This document shows positions 7,747 through 17,180 of a DNA stretch of 23,462 bases, piece by piece (positions within the stretch are counted from its first letter, which is position 1; each line of letters opens with the position of its first letter). The translations under genes were made by a program, and so were the position numbers. Origin of the DNA: a bacterium (GTDB lineage Bacteria > Zhuqueibacterota > Zhuqueibacteria > Oceanimicrobiales > Oceanimicrobiaceae). The notes below the pieces were generated by a model. The model saw only the letters and a program-made list of their open reading frames with translations. It did not search any database and had not been told where the DNA came from. The stretch lies in the NCBI GenBank assembly GCA_046757165.1, contig JBHHXT010000063.1, positions 1 to 23,462 on the forward strand. The letters are read 5' to 3'.

Positions 7747-8973
7747 ATGACTCTTGTTGACAAAAGAATCGCGGTTGGTGTTTGTGGCGGAATCGCTGCC
7801 TACAAAGCTTGTGAGCTCATTCGGAGTTTGAAGAAAGCGGGTTCGGAAGTGCGGGTGGTGATGACCGAATCCGCGCAAAAGTTCGTCAGCGAGCTTACCT
7901 TTGCCACATTGTCCGAAAATCCTGTCTCGGGTTCCTTGTTCGAAGGACAGGAATCGACGACTGCCCACATCGATGTGGCGCGCTGGGCGGAGGCCGTGGT
8001 GGTTTGTCCAGCCACTGCCAATGTGATCGCCAAAACCGCCGTGGGCATCGCCGATGACCTTCTGTCCACGACCATTCTGGCGACCAGAGCCAGGGTGGTG
8101 TTCTGCCCAGCCATGAATTCGGTCATGTGGGAAAAGGCGGTCGTACAGGAGAACGTTCGCAAGCTTGGAGCTGCCGGCTATGACCTGGTGCCACCTGAGT
8201 TCGGCGCCCTGGCAACTGCTGCTGAAGGAGAAGGGTGGGGGCGCCTGGCGGACATTTCTCACATCGTCGAGAAGCTCAGGTCGGTGCTATGTGCCACGGG
8301 TGAGCTTGCCGGCAAGAAAGTGCTGGTCACAGCCGGCGCCACCAGAGAGCCGGTGGACCCTGTGCGCTACTTCACCAATTATGCCACCGGAAAAATGGGG
8401 TTCGCACTGGCCGAGGCGGCCAAGCTCAGGGGGGGCAGCGTCGTCCTGGTGTCCGGGCCGAATCATCTGCCCAAGTTGACCGGCGTCAAATATATCGAAA
8501 TTGAGACCGTTGCGGAACTCAAGGCAGCGGTCGAACAAGAATATCCTGATTGTGACCTCCTTTTGATGGCCGCTGCCGTGTCGGACTACAGGCCCAAAAA
8601 GAATTTGCCCACGAAGCTGAAGAAGACGGCTCGCGAGATATCAATCACGATGCAGAAAAATCCAGATATTTTGGCAAGCCTGGGAAGACGGAAAGCGCAC
8701 TGTTTTCATGTCGGGTTCGCGCTTGAAACCGAAAACGAAATTGCGAATGCGATGCAAAAGATGAGTCGCAAGAATCTCGATATGATTGTGTTGAACAATC
8801 CTCTGCAGCCGGGTGCCGCATTTGGCGGGGATACCAACATCGTGACCATCATTGCAAAGGACGGGCGGACAGAAAGACTGCCGCTACAGTCAAAAACTGA
8901 AGTGGCTGATACGATCCTGCACAACGTTTGCTCCAGTATGAATGCGACCCTGAAGCATGTTGCAGCAGTGTAA
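7747..8973 (+). CDS. coaBC: Bifunctional phosphopantothenoylcysteine decarboxylase / phosphopantothenate-cysteine ligase
   Basis: GVCGGIAAYK, HIDVARWA, PATANVIAK, PAMN, VTAGATREPVDPVRY, TGKMG, MAAAVSDY and VGFALET. Confidence 0.97.
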   Translation: MTLVDKRIAVGVCGGIAAYKACELIRSLKKAGSEVRVVMTESAQKFVSELTFATLSENPVSGSLFEGQESTTAHIDVARWAEAVVVCPATANVIAKTAVGIADDLLSTTILATRARVVFCPAMNSVMWEKAVVQENVRKLGAAGYDLVPPEFGALATAAEGEGWGRLADISHIVEKLRSVLCATGELAGKKVLVTAGATREPVDPVRYFTNYATGKMGFALAEAAKLRGGSVVLVSGPNHLPKLTGVKYIEIETVAELKAAVEQEYPDCDLLLMAAAVSDYRPKKNLPTKLKKTAREISITMQKNPDILASLGRRKAHCFHVGFALETENEIANAMQKMSRKNLDMIVLNNPLQPGAAFGGDTNIVTIIAKDGRTERLPLQSKTEVADTILHNVCSSMNATLKHVAAV

Positions 8974-8988
8974 GAAAAACAAGGATGC

Positions 8989-9690
8989 GTGATGCGCGGA
9001 CGCTCGGACCTGCTGAGTTTGGCAAAAAGATATTTTAGTCAACAAGTGGAACTGTACGGTAATGATATTTACATTGATTTTGATTTCGGGCCAGGAGGGT
9101 CGGTTGAGCGCCCTGTGACTTTGGAGGGGTTTTTCCAGCAGATCAGGAATTGTCAACAGTGCCGGCTGGCGGGCAAGCGGACGCAACTCGTGTTTGGCGT
9201 CGGGAATCCACGCGCAACGCTCATGTGCATTGGGGAGGCGCCGGGGGTTGATGAGGATCGTCAAGGGGAACCGTTTGTTGGCAAGGCCGGGCAGTTGCTG
9301 AACAAGATTCTGGCGGCCATCGGCTTTGAACGCAAGGAGGTGTACATTGCCAATGTGATCAAATGCCGCCCACCCAACAACCGTGATCCCGGGCCGGATG
9401 AACTCGCTGAGTGTTTGCCCTTTCTGCATCGGCAAATTGAGCTAATCAGCCCAAAGCTCATCATGGCGTTGGGCAGAGTCGCCGCTCAGAGTTTGCTGGG
9501 GCGGGCGGATTCTATCTCGATTCTGCGAACGAAGGCGCATCGTTTTGCTGAAATCCCGCTGGTTGTGACATACCATCCAGCGGCTTTGCTGCGAAACACG
9601 CAGTTGAAGCGCCCGACGTGGGAAGATGCAAAAAAGCTCAGGAAGATGTATGATGAGATCGTAGGGGATAAGCCAATTATGGATTTGTAA
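8989..9690 (+). CDS. Uracil-DNA glycosylase, family 4 (4Fe-4S)
   Basis: [34 protein letters not shown]...C and [10 protein letters not shown]. Start is GTG 8989 or ATG 8992. Confidence 0.94.
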   Translation: MMRGRSDLLSLAKRYFSQQVELYGNDIYIDFDFGPGGSVERPVTLEGFFQQIRNCQQCRLAGKRTQLVFGVGNPRATLMCIGEAPGVDEDRQGEPFVGKAGQLLNKILAAIGFERKEVYIANVIKCRPPNNRDPGPDELAECLPFLHRQIELISPKLIMALGRVAAQSLLGRADSISILRTKAHRFAEIPLVVTYHPAALLRNTQLKRPTWEDAKKLRKMYDEIVGDKPIMDL

Positions 9691-9699
9691 GACCGTGGG

Positions 9700-11088
9700 A
9701 TGAACAAAAACAGAACCCCAAAAAAGGAAATTCTCACCGACCGCATGCCCCCCCGGGCCATTGATGAGGAAATGGCCGTCCTGGGCTCAATGCTGATCGA
9801 CAGAGACGCGGTGAACACGAGTGTCGAGCTGTTGGACGAGACCGCCTTCTATAAACAAGTTCATCAGAAGATATTCGAGGCTGCGGTCATTCTGTATGAG
9901 AAGAATGTTGAGGTCGACTATTTGACTATCAGAGACCAGCTCGAGAAAATGGGGGTTTTGGAAGAGGTGGGGGGCGCGTACTACATTACGCAGTTGGCCA
10001 ACGTGGTTCCATCCGCAGCCAGCGTTGAGTATTATGCCAAGATCGTGCTGGAAAAGGCGCTGCTGCGAAAACTAATAGAAATCTGCAATGAAGTCACAGG
10101 CGAGGCCTACGATGCGCACGAAAGCGCCATCGACCTGATCGATGCGGCTGAGCGTAAGATTTTTTCTCTGTCGGAAAAGAAACTGCGCAAGGGGTTTGTC
10201 CCCATCAGTCCGATATTGACAGATACCTTTGATATCCTCGATAAATATGATAAGCGCGGCGGCAGCGTCACCGGTGTGCCGACGGGCTTTACGGAGTTAG
10301 ACAAGATGACGGCCGGTCTGCAAAAATCTGATTTGATCGTGGTGGCCGGTCGCCCTTCCATGGGGAAAACCGCGTTTTGTCTCAACATTGCGCGTAACGT
10401 AGCGGTTGACCATGGCTTGACTGTCGGGTTCTTTAGCTTAGAGATGTCCAACACACAGCTAGCCATGCGGATGCTTTGCTCAGAGGCGCGTGTCAACGCC
10501 CACAAAGTGCGGACTGGAAAACTGCCGCCGGATGACTGGCCACGATTGAGCCTGAGCGTCGGCAACCTGGCGGAAGCACCGATTTATATCGATGACACGG
10601 CTGCTTTGAGTGTGCTTGAGATTCGCGCAAAGGCCAGACGCTTGAAATCCGAACATGATCTCGGCCTGCTCATCGTCGACTATCTGCAATTGGCCAAGGC
10701 GCCCGGCAACGTCGAAAGCCGACAAATCGAGATTTCGGCTATTTCTCAATCTTTGAAGGCGCTCGCCAAGGAGCTGGAAATCCCCGTTATCGCCTTGTCG
10801 CAGCTTTCCCGCGCCGTTGAATCGCGCGGTGGGGACCGGCGCCCTATTCTCTCGGACCTGAGAGAGTCCGGTGCTATCGAACAGGATGCCGATGTGGTCA
10901 TGTTCATCTATCGTCCGGAAGTCTACGGCCAGGTAGAAGAGGAAGGGGTTGCCGAAATTATCATTGCCAAGCAAAGAAACGGGCCCACAGGCACCATTGA
11001 TCTCAAATTTCATCGGGACTATGTCCTGTTCGCCAACCTCGAGAAATATCGCGAAGAGGATATGTACTCAGCGGAACAGCCCTTCTGA
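9700..11088 (+). CDS. dnaB: Replicative DNA helicase
   Basis: Walker A AGRPSMGKT, FFSLEMS, IVDYLQL, LSQLSRAVESR, DLRESGAIEQDAD and KQRNGPTG; 462 aa with no intein. Confidence 0.99.
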   Translation: MNKNRTPKKEILTDRMPPRAIDEEMAVLGSMLIDRDAVNTSVELLDETAFYKQVHQKIFEAAVILYEKNVEVDYLTIRDQLEKMGVLEEVGGAYYITQLANVVPSAASVEYYAKIVLEKALLRKLIEICNEVTGEAYDAHESAIDLIDAAERKIFSLSEKKLRKGFVPISPILTDTFDILDKYDKRGGSVTGVPTGFTELDKMTAGLQKSDLIVVAGRPSMGKTAFCLNIARNVAVDHGLTVGFFSLEMSNTQLAMRMLCSEARVNAHKVRTGKLPPDDWPRLSLSVGNLAEAPIYIDDTAALSVLEIRAKARRLKSEHDLGLLIVDYLQLAKAPGNVESRQIEISAISQSLKALAKELEIPVIALSQLSRAVESRGGDRRPILSDLRESGAIEQDADVVMFIYRPEVYGQVEEEGVAEIIIAKQRNGPTGTIDLKFHRDYVLFANLEKYREEDMYSAEQPF

Positions 11089-11091
11089 GCG

Positions 11092-13257
11092 ATGGAAAAT
11101 GGCTACAAAAAATCTTTTCAAGATCAGTTGAGAAAACACAAGCGGTATATCCAGGCTGCTGATATCGGTTTGATCAACCGGGCATTCGACTTTAGCTTTG
11201 AGTCACACAAAGACCAACTGCGCCGGTCTGGTGCGCCCTATTTTGAGCATTGTTACGAGGTTGCCAGGATTTTGATCGATTTGAAGATGGACTCCGCGAC
11301 CATTGCGAGTGGTTTATTGCACGACGTGGCCGAGGATACAGGCATCACCATTGAAGATGTCCAGGAGCAGTTTGGTGAAGAAGTGGCCTCGCTCGTCGAC
11401 GGTGTGACGAAGATCAGTGAGCTCAAGTTTGAAAGTCTGGAGCAACGCCAGGCCGAAAATTTTCGCAAAATGATCATCTCCATGGTGCAGGATATCCGTG
11501 TGATTTTGATCAAATTCGCCGACAGGCTCCACAACATGCGCACTATCGAGTATTTGCCACCCAAAAAGCAGAAACGGATCGCAATCGAAACGCGCGACGT
11601 CTACGCCCCGTTGGCACATCGACTCGGCATCGCCAAACTCAAGTGGGAGCTTGAAGACCTGACCCTGAAGACGTTGGACCCGGATTCTTACTGGGAGTTG
11701 GTCAACAAGGTTGCCAACAAACGGGAAGAGCGGGAGCGATATATTCGCAAGGTGACCTCCCCGATCCGGCGCGAGCTGCGGCGGGCGAGCATCAAATCGG
11801 AAATTACTGGCCGGCCCAAGCATTTCTACAGCATCTACGGCAAAATGAATCGCACACAACAGCCCTTCGACAAGATCTATGACCTGTTGGCCATCCGTAT
11901 CATCGTCGAAAAAGTGGAGCAGTGCTATTTCGTTCTTGGAATTGTGCACAATCTCTACACCCCTGTGCACGAACGGTTCAAGGATTATATTGCCACGCCC
12001 AAATCAAATTTTTACCAGTCGTTGCATACGACCGTTGTCGGGCCCGATGGCCGCATGGTCGAGATTCAGATTCGCACAGATGACATGCACCGGACCGCTG
12101 AAGAGGGGATCGCGGCGCACTGGCTCTACAAGGAGGGCAAGCACAAGGGAGACGAGCTCGACAAACATCTTTCCTGGTTGCGGCAAGTGCTGGACTGGCA
12201 GCAGGACACCAAAGACCCGTCAGAGTTTATGGAAAATCTCCGCATCGAGCTTTTCCAGGATGAGGCGTTCATCTTCACACCCAAAGGAGACTTGCTTAAA
12301 CTACCGGTGGGGTCGACCCCGGTTGATTTTGCTTTTGCTGTGCATACCGACATCGGTAATCACTGCATCGGGGCCAAGGTAAACGGCAAGATGGTCCCGC
12401 TCAACTACAAGTTGAAAAGCGGCGATTCGGTCGAAATCTTGACATCGCCCAATCAGAAGCCAAATCCCGATTGGATCAAATTTGTCAAAACATCGAAAGC
12501 ACGCAGCAAGATTAAGCGCTGGCTAAAAGAGTCATTCTATGACCAAAGCGTCAAATTAGGGGAAGAGATCCTCAGCAAGCATTTCAAGAAATACAACATC
12601 AAGCGGGAAGATGTGGATCTGGATGAGATAGCACAAGGCTTTAATTTTCAAAGTGCTGAGCAGCTCCTGGCGTCGATCGGTAGCGGCGACACGTCGATCC
12701 AAACCGTGGTCAATCGCATTGCGCCGGAGAAGAATCTCGAAATCAAAGAGAGCTCCTTGTTCCAGAAGTTTGTTCACCGAGCGCGAGGCACGGCCAGAGG
12801 GGTGAAGGTTCAGGGATTGGACAACCTGATGATTGCATTTGGCAAATGTTGCCAACCGCTGCCCGGAGACAATATTCTCGGCTTTATTACCAAAGGCCGC
12901 GGAATCGTCGTCCACCGCAGCGACTGCAAGAACATCATCAACCTCATTGAGCACCCGGAGCGCAAAATTGATGTTGAATGGGATGTTGAAAGGAGCAAGC
13001 ATTTCATGGTGAGGCTGCAGCTACTGGGTGAGGACCGGCGTAATTTTCTCCTCGATGTTTCACAGTCTATTTCGCAAACCGAAACAAATATCGTAAGTAT
13101 TGAAATGAAGGTCGAAGACTCCATCGTTCACAGCACCATCATCCTTGAAGTTCGCAATCTCCAGCATCTAACGCGAGTCATCAAAAAAATAAGTCAAGTG
13201 AAGGGAGTGATCAACGTCGAGAGATTGAGTAGTTCACATGAGAAAGTCAGGGACTAA
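11092..13257 (+). CDS. rel: Long bifunctional (p)ppGpp synthetase/hydrolase (Rel/SpoT homolog)
   Basis: Intact HD hydrolase (LHDVAED, KFADRLHNMRT); synthetase GRPKHFYSIY, RFKDY, YQSLHT, EIQIRT, GIAAHWLYK; TGS (FTPKG, DFAFAVHT), Zn-finger (KCCQP...HRSDC) and ACT domains. Confidence 0.97.
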   Translation: MENGYKKSFQDQLRKHKRYIQAADIGLINRAFDFSFESHKDQLRRSGAPYFEHCYEVARILIDLKMDSATIASGLLHDVAEDTGITIEDVQEQFGEEVASLVDGVTKISELKFESLEQRQAENFRKMIISMVQDIRVILIKFADRLHNMRTIEYLPPKKQKRIAIETRDVYAPLAHRLGIAKLKWELEDLTLKTLDPDSYWELVNKVANKREERERYIRKVTSPIRRELRRASIKSEITGRPKHFYSIYGKMNRTQQPFDKIYDLLAIRIIVEKVEQCYFVLGIVHNLYTPVHERFKDYIATPKSNFYQSLHTTVVGPDGRMVEIQIRTDDMHRTAEEGIAAHWLYKEGKHKGDELDKHLSWLRQVLDWQQDTKDPSEFMENLRIELFQDEAFIFTPKGDLLKLPVGSTPVDFAFAVHTDIGNHCIGAKVNGKMVPLNYKLKSGDSVEILTSPNQKPNPDWIKFVKTSKARSKIKRWLKESFYDQSVKLGEEILSKHFKKYNIKREDVDLDEIAQGFNFQSAEQLLASIGSGDTSIQTVVNRIAPEKNLEIKESSLFQKFVHRARGTARGVKVQGLDNLMIAFGKCCQPLPGDNILGFITKGRGIVVHRSDCKNIINLIEHPERKIDVEWDVERSKHFMVRLQLLGEDRRNFLLDVSQSISQTETNIVSIEMKVEDSIVHSTIILEVRNLQHLTRVIKKISQVKGVINVERLSSSHEKVRD

Positions 13258-13295
13258 GTTCCTTGCACCAGCATAACCGCACAGGAGTCATGCAA

Positions 13296-13355
13296 ATGAG
13301 GTACATAAACTCGAATAGCGTTAAGCACTTCAATTCAAAGAGAGGAGTGGAATAA
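13296..13355 (+). CDS. Possible 19-aa upstream ORF (MRYINSNSVKHFNSKRGVE) abutting the HU/IHF gene
   Basis: AGGAG at 13283-13287, 8 nt before ATG 13296; TAA 13353-13355 is directly followed by the next gene's ATG in the same frame. Confidence 0.3.
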   Translation: MRYINSNSVKHFNSKRGVE

Positions 13356-13676
13356 ATGAAGAAAACGATTACTAAGAAAGATGTGGCTAAGAGAACAGCT
13401 AAGTTGGTAGGAGAGAAGATCTATCTGGCGGAAAAAATTGTCGACGGGGTCTTCACCTCGTTGCGTGAGTTTATGGCCGAAGCTGAGCCAGAAGTCAGGA
13501 TTGAAATTCGTGATTTTGGTGTGTTCGAAGTCAAAACGACCAAACCCAAGCCCAAAGCCCGCAATCCCAAGACCGGGGAGATCATCTATGTGCCGGCACG
13601 GCGCAAGACGCATTTCAAAGCCGGGAAACTGTTGAAAGACGTGTTGAAAACACCGCTCGATGAAATCAATCAGTAG
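13356..13676 (+). CDS. HU/IHF family histone-like DNA-binding protein
   Basis: TKKDVA, RIEIRDFGVFEVK and ARNPKTGEIIYVPARRKTHFKAGKLLK; AGGAG RBS at 13343-13347. Confidence 0.95.
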   Translation: MKKTITKKDVAKRTAKLVGEKIYLAEKIVDGVFTSLREFMAEAEPEVRIEIRDFGVFEVKTTKPKPKARNPKTGEIIYVPARRKTHFKAGKLLKDVLKTPLDEINQ

Positions 13677-13710
13677 CATCACTGTATTTACTCTGGAATG
13701 AGCTGAAGAC

Positions 13711-14163
13711 ATGACACCTCAAGGGAGAATACTCGGGATTGATTATGGGGAAAAGCGAATTGGGGTCGCCATAAGCGACCCGATGTGCATTATTGCACAA
13801 GGCCTTCCGACCATCGTTTACAACACTTTTTCAGAGGCGTTGCACAACTTAGAGAAGATAGCGAGCGAATACTCAGTTTGCAGGATTGTCGTCGGCTTAC
13901 CGTTGACCATGAAGGGAACCGCTGGCTTCGCGGTGAAACGGACGCGTACATTTGTGCAAAGGCTGAAAGAGCGAGTGCCCTTACCGGTCGTGTTTCTGGA
14001 TGAGCGATTTAGCACCACCATTGCGCACCGCGCCTTGACAGAATTAGGGATATCACCAAGCAAAAACAGGCAGAAAGTTGACAAGATCGCCGCGACTATC
14101 ATCTTGCAAGATTATCTTGACCGGACAAAGACTCTTGCCAGTGACAAAGGCTCTCACGAGTGA
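13711..14163 (+). CDS. ruvX: YqgF/RuvX family pre-16S rRNA maturation nuclease (putative Holliday junction resolvase)
   Basis: RILGIDYGEKRIGVAISDP, IVVGLP, DERFSTT and VDKIAATIILQDYLD. Confidence 0.96.
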   Translation: MTPQGRILGIDYGEKRIGVAISDPMCIIAQGLPTIVYNTFSEALHNLEKIASEYSVCRIVVGLPLTMKGTAGFAVKRTRTFVQRLKERVPLPVVFLDERFSTTIAHRALTELGISPSKNRQKVDKIAATIILQDYLDRTKTLASDKGSHE

Positions 14164-15182
14164 CAAATATGAGCGAGAAAACCCGGATTGGCGTCATCGG
14201 CGCCGGCGCAATTGCCCAGGTCACACACATCCCCATCTGGAACAAGCTTGAAGATGTTGAAATCATCGCGGTTTGTGACAAAAACAAAAATAAAGCGCAA
14301 TGGGTTGCTGAAAAATATGACATCCGGCATGCAGTCACCGACGCCGAGCAGTTGCTCGAAATCGAGGAGATCCAGGCAGTCGATATCTGCACGCCGACCC
14401 ACAGCCATGTAGAGTTATGCACCGCAGCCCTTTCGAGTGGCAAGCATGTGCTGGTCGAGAAACCGATGGCTCGAAATTATGAAGAAGCGAAGGAGATGGC
14501 CGACTGTGCCAATGAGTACGGCATGAAATTGATGGTCGGCATGAATGTGAGGTTCCGGCAGGATGCTATCGTGCTCAAGAAGTTCACGCAAAATGGGGAG
14601 ATAGGTAAGATTTTTTACGCCAAAACGGGCTGGCTCAGAAGGAGGGAGAGCCTGGTGCACAGGACCTGGTTTGCGGACAAGGAGATTTCTGGCGGCGGCG
14701 TGTTCATGGATTTGGGTATCCAGATGCTCGATGTCGGCCTGTGGTTGATGGGCAACGGCAGGGCTGAGAGCGTTATGGCATCGACGTATAACACCATCTC
14801 GACGCTGCCAGTGGAGGACTCAGCCGCTGTTTTTGTCAGACTAGACAACGGCGCCACCTTGACGATAGAGGTAAGCTGGACTCTTTTGATGGATAGAGAC
14901 TTCTTCTATACAAATTTGTTCGGCGACCACGGAGGGGCCCTGCTCAATCCGTTGAGAATCCACAAAGAGCTGCATGGAAACCTGGTCAACGTCACACCAG
15001 CGAAGGAGGAGACGCCACAGAATTTGTATAAGAAGTCCTATGAGAATGAGCTTCGTCACTTTATCGATAGCTTGCGCGACGAGACTGTACTCGTGACCAG
15101 CCCTGAGGAAAACTTAGAGCGCATGCGAATCGTGGATGCTGTTTATGAATCTGCCAAATCTGGACGCGAGGTTATCCTCTGA
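14160..15182 (+). CDS. Gfo/Idh/MocA family NAD(P)-dependent oxidoreductase
   Basis: IGVIGAGAIA Rossmann motif, ICTPTHSH, GKHVLVEKP and SGGGVFMDLG. Start is GTG 14160 (overlapping the ruvX stop) or ATG 14169. Confidence 0.93.
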   Translation: MTNMSEKTRIGVIGAGAIAQVTHIPIWNKLEDVEIIAVCDKNKNKAQWVAEKYDIRHAVTDAEQLLEIEEIQAVDICTPTHSHVELCTAALSSGKHVLVEKPMARNYEEAKEMADCANEYGMKLMVGMNVRFRQDAIVLKKFTQNGEIGKIFYAKTGWLRRRESLVHRTWFADKEISGGGVFMDLGIQMLDVGLWLMGNGRAESVMASTYNTISTLPVEDSAAVFVRLDNGATLTIEVSWTLLMDRDFFYTNLFGDHGGALLNPLRIHKELHGNLVNVTPAKEETPQNLYKKSYENELRHFIDSLRDETVLVTSPEENLERMRIVDAVYESAKSGREVIL

Positions 15183-15427
15183 TGAACACACGTGTTTCCT
15201 GTGCCCTTTTGATGAGATTCAAAACCGGGCCTGCTGTCCCACCCTTTGTTTCGGGCTTTCCATCTCCGCAGGGATTTCTCCAAGTTTAGAAAGCAAAGAA
15301 TCGTTTGATTCGGTAACCTGCTGACCGGTTCGCATGATCTGGTGACTGCCGCCTGTTGAAAAACGACGATGAGTGTTCACGTTTCATGACGGATGAAGAA
15401 CGACTGCACGTAACAGCAAAAGATATT

Positions 15428-16462
15428 ATGACCAGGACTGAACGGTATTTGATTATTCTGATGTTGATGCTTGAAGGTTCGACCCATGTTGCCGGGCAAA
15501 CAGAGCGTTTTGTCACGCTCAGCAACGTTAAGGCAAGGCCGCTGGCCATGGGTGGCGCATTTACCTCCGTGGTGGATGACATGGCAGCCATCAACTACAA
15601 TCCTGCTGCCTACGAGCTTTACAAGCGCAACAAAACCGGACGACTGAGTGTCTTCTTGAATCCCGTGTCGCCTGTCGTCGGCGCGATCGAGAGCGATAAG
15701 TTGTTCTCCGGCAGCAACCCTCCCGGAGAGGACTTGTTGCTTGGCCTGAGCCTGATTCTCAAATCTGTTTCGTTGTCATTCAATTCACTCGAGCTCGGCG
15801 TCCTGCTCGGAGAACAGGGGTTGGATGTGCCTTCAAGCCATCGCAACGAGGAAGTTTTCAGTGCTTCGGGATATCGGCAGAACCATACTCATACCCTCGT
15901 TGGCCGGGTCAAGCTGGCGGAGCAGGTGTCGATCGGTGCGTCTGCCAACGTTTTTTACGGCAGCAGAGCAGATGCGTCAGATGAGAGGGACAGGGGATTT
16001 GGCATTAGTTACGGGATCCTTCTCAAGCCGGAGAAGGGGTTGAACATCGGTGTTTCCTTGATCAATTTACCCGATACGCTCAAGCACTACCGGGTCCCTC
16101 TGGAGCGAATCGTCGATGAGTCGGTCAATGTGGGTATTTCGTACCGCCTGGCCAATAGCACGCTCTCTGTTGATGTCAGGAATCTGGGTGAAGAGCAAGA
16201 GGAGAACCTTGTTCGCGAATTCCATCTGGGATTTGAACAAGTCTTGCTGTCACATTTTGCAATTCGCGCGGGCTGGTTCAAAAAGAAAAACGGGGACCAT
16301 GTCTACAGTTGGGGAGTGGGTATCTTCGATGGCAATCCTCTCTGGGGGCATGAACGGGCGTTCAACCATGAGAACTTTTTTCTGAACTATGCTTTTGTTT
16401 ATGAAAGAAGTCCCATCGAAGACACTCGCTGGCACTTCCTGTCTTTTTACCTCCGATTGTAA
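15428..16462 (+). CDS. Second PorV/FadL/UPF0164-like outer-membrane beta-barrel protein
   Basis: ARPLAMGGAFTSVVDDMAAINYNPAA signature, many amphipathic strands and terminal strand HFLSFYLRL. ATG 15428 yields a signal peptide and is preferred over TTG 15356. Confidence 0.7.
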   Translation: MTRTERYLIILMLMLEGSTHVAGQTERFVTLSNVKARPLAMGGAFTSVVDDMAAINYNPAAYELYKRNKTGRLSVFLNPVSPVVGAIESDKLFSGSNPPGEDLLLGLSLILKSVSLSFNSLELGVLLGEQGLDVPSSHRNEEVFSASGYRQNHTHTLVGRVKLAEQVSIGASANVFYGSRADASDERDRGFGISYGILLKPEKGLNIGVSLINLPDTLKHYRVPLERIVDESVNVGISYRLANSTLSVDVRNLGEEQEENLVREFHLGFEQVLLSHFAIRAGWFKKKNGDHVYSWGVGIFDGNPLWGHERAFNHENFFLNYAFVYERSPIEDTRWHFLSFYLRL

Positions 16463-16492
16463 AGGGAACTTTGAATATCAGACAAAGTTAGT

Positions 16493-17146
16493 ATGGAGTG
16501 GTTTTTAAGGACGATCTATTCATCGGTAGTTGCGACGGCTTTGCTGTGGCGCACAACCGCCATTTTCTCGCAGCCACTTGACAATTTGCAATTTCTTTCT
16601 AGCTTGACGGATAGTCTGGTGTACACGGTTGTGCAGGAGTATCTGGCGCCCGCAGGGCACGCCAGGATAAAGCCATTGGAAAATGAGAATCCGAATAATT
16701 GGTTTGTCGAGGACCGGTTGACGCACGTTCTGGGTGCGAACAGATATTCGATCTATTTAGAGCACGAAGATGATCCCCTTGACCTGGAGACAGCCAATGA
16801 AGACCAGACCCTGCAGATACAATTCAGAATATTGGATATTGGGATCACTTATCAAAATGCCGCACCGGGTCCTGAAGCCAAAGTGAGGAGAAGCGGTCGA
16901 GTGCGTCTGTTTCTGAGACTGGTGAATGAGTTTAGTGGCAAGGTGTTGTGGAGTGGCATGAGCGAGAAAACGGGCAGTGAGTGGATTCAGGAAGACGATG
17001 TGCCAAATGTCGAGAACCACAATATTCCCTTCACGAGGGGGAAATATGCGAGCCGCTCAAAATCCATCGGGTTATTTCAACCTTTGCTGGTGTCAACGGC
17101 TGCGGGCGTTATCGTTTACTTATTTTATGCCTTGCGCAGTCGATAA
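16493..17146 (+). CDS. Hypothetical exported protein with C-terminal hydrophobic helix
   Basis: 217-aa ORF filling the gap between the barrel gene and bamD; signal-like N-terminus and C-terminal FQPLLVSTAAGVIVYLFYALRSR. Confidence 0.75.
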   Translation: MEWFLRTIYSSVVATALLWRTTAIFSQPLDNLQFLSSLTDSLVYTVVQEYLAPAGHARIKPLENENPNNWFVEDRLTHVLGANRYSIYLEHEDDPLDLETANEDQTLQIQFRILDIGITYQNAAPGPEAKVRRSGRVRLFLRLVNEFSGKVLWSGMSEKTGSEWIQEDDVPNVENHNIPFTRGKYASRSKSIGLFQPLLVSTAAGVIVYLFYALRSR

Positions 17147-17180
17147 TTGGGGAGGGCAGTTTTAGACTGAAGGTTACTAC

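Noticed and set aside
8989..9690. UdgX (covalent uracil-binding) variant
   Set aside because: No KRRIH loop; the sequence has the ordinary family-4 [10 protein letters not shown].
9700..11088. Intein in DnaB
   Set aside because: Normal length (462 aa) with contiguous motifs at the usual insertion points.
15183..15427. Riboswitch or ncRNA in the gap before the second barrel gene
   Set aside because: No recognisable aptamer, strong stem or terminator could be identified by eye.
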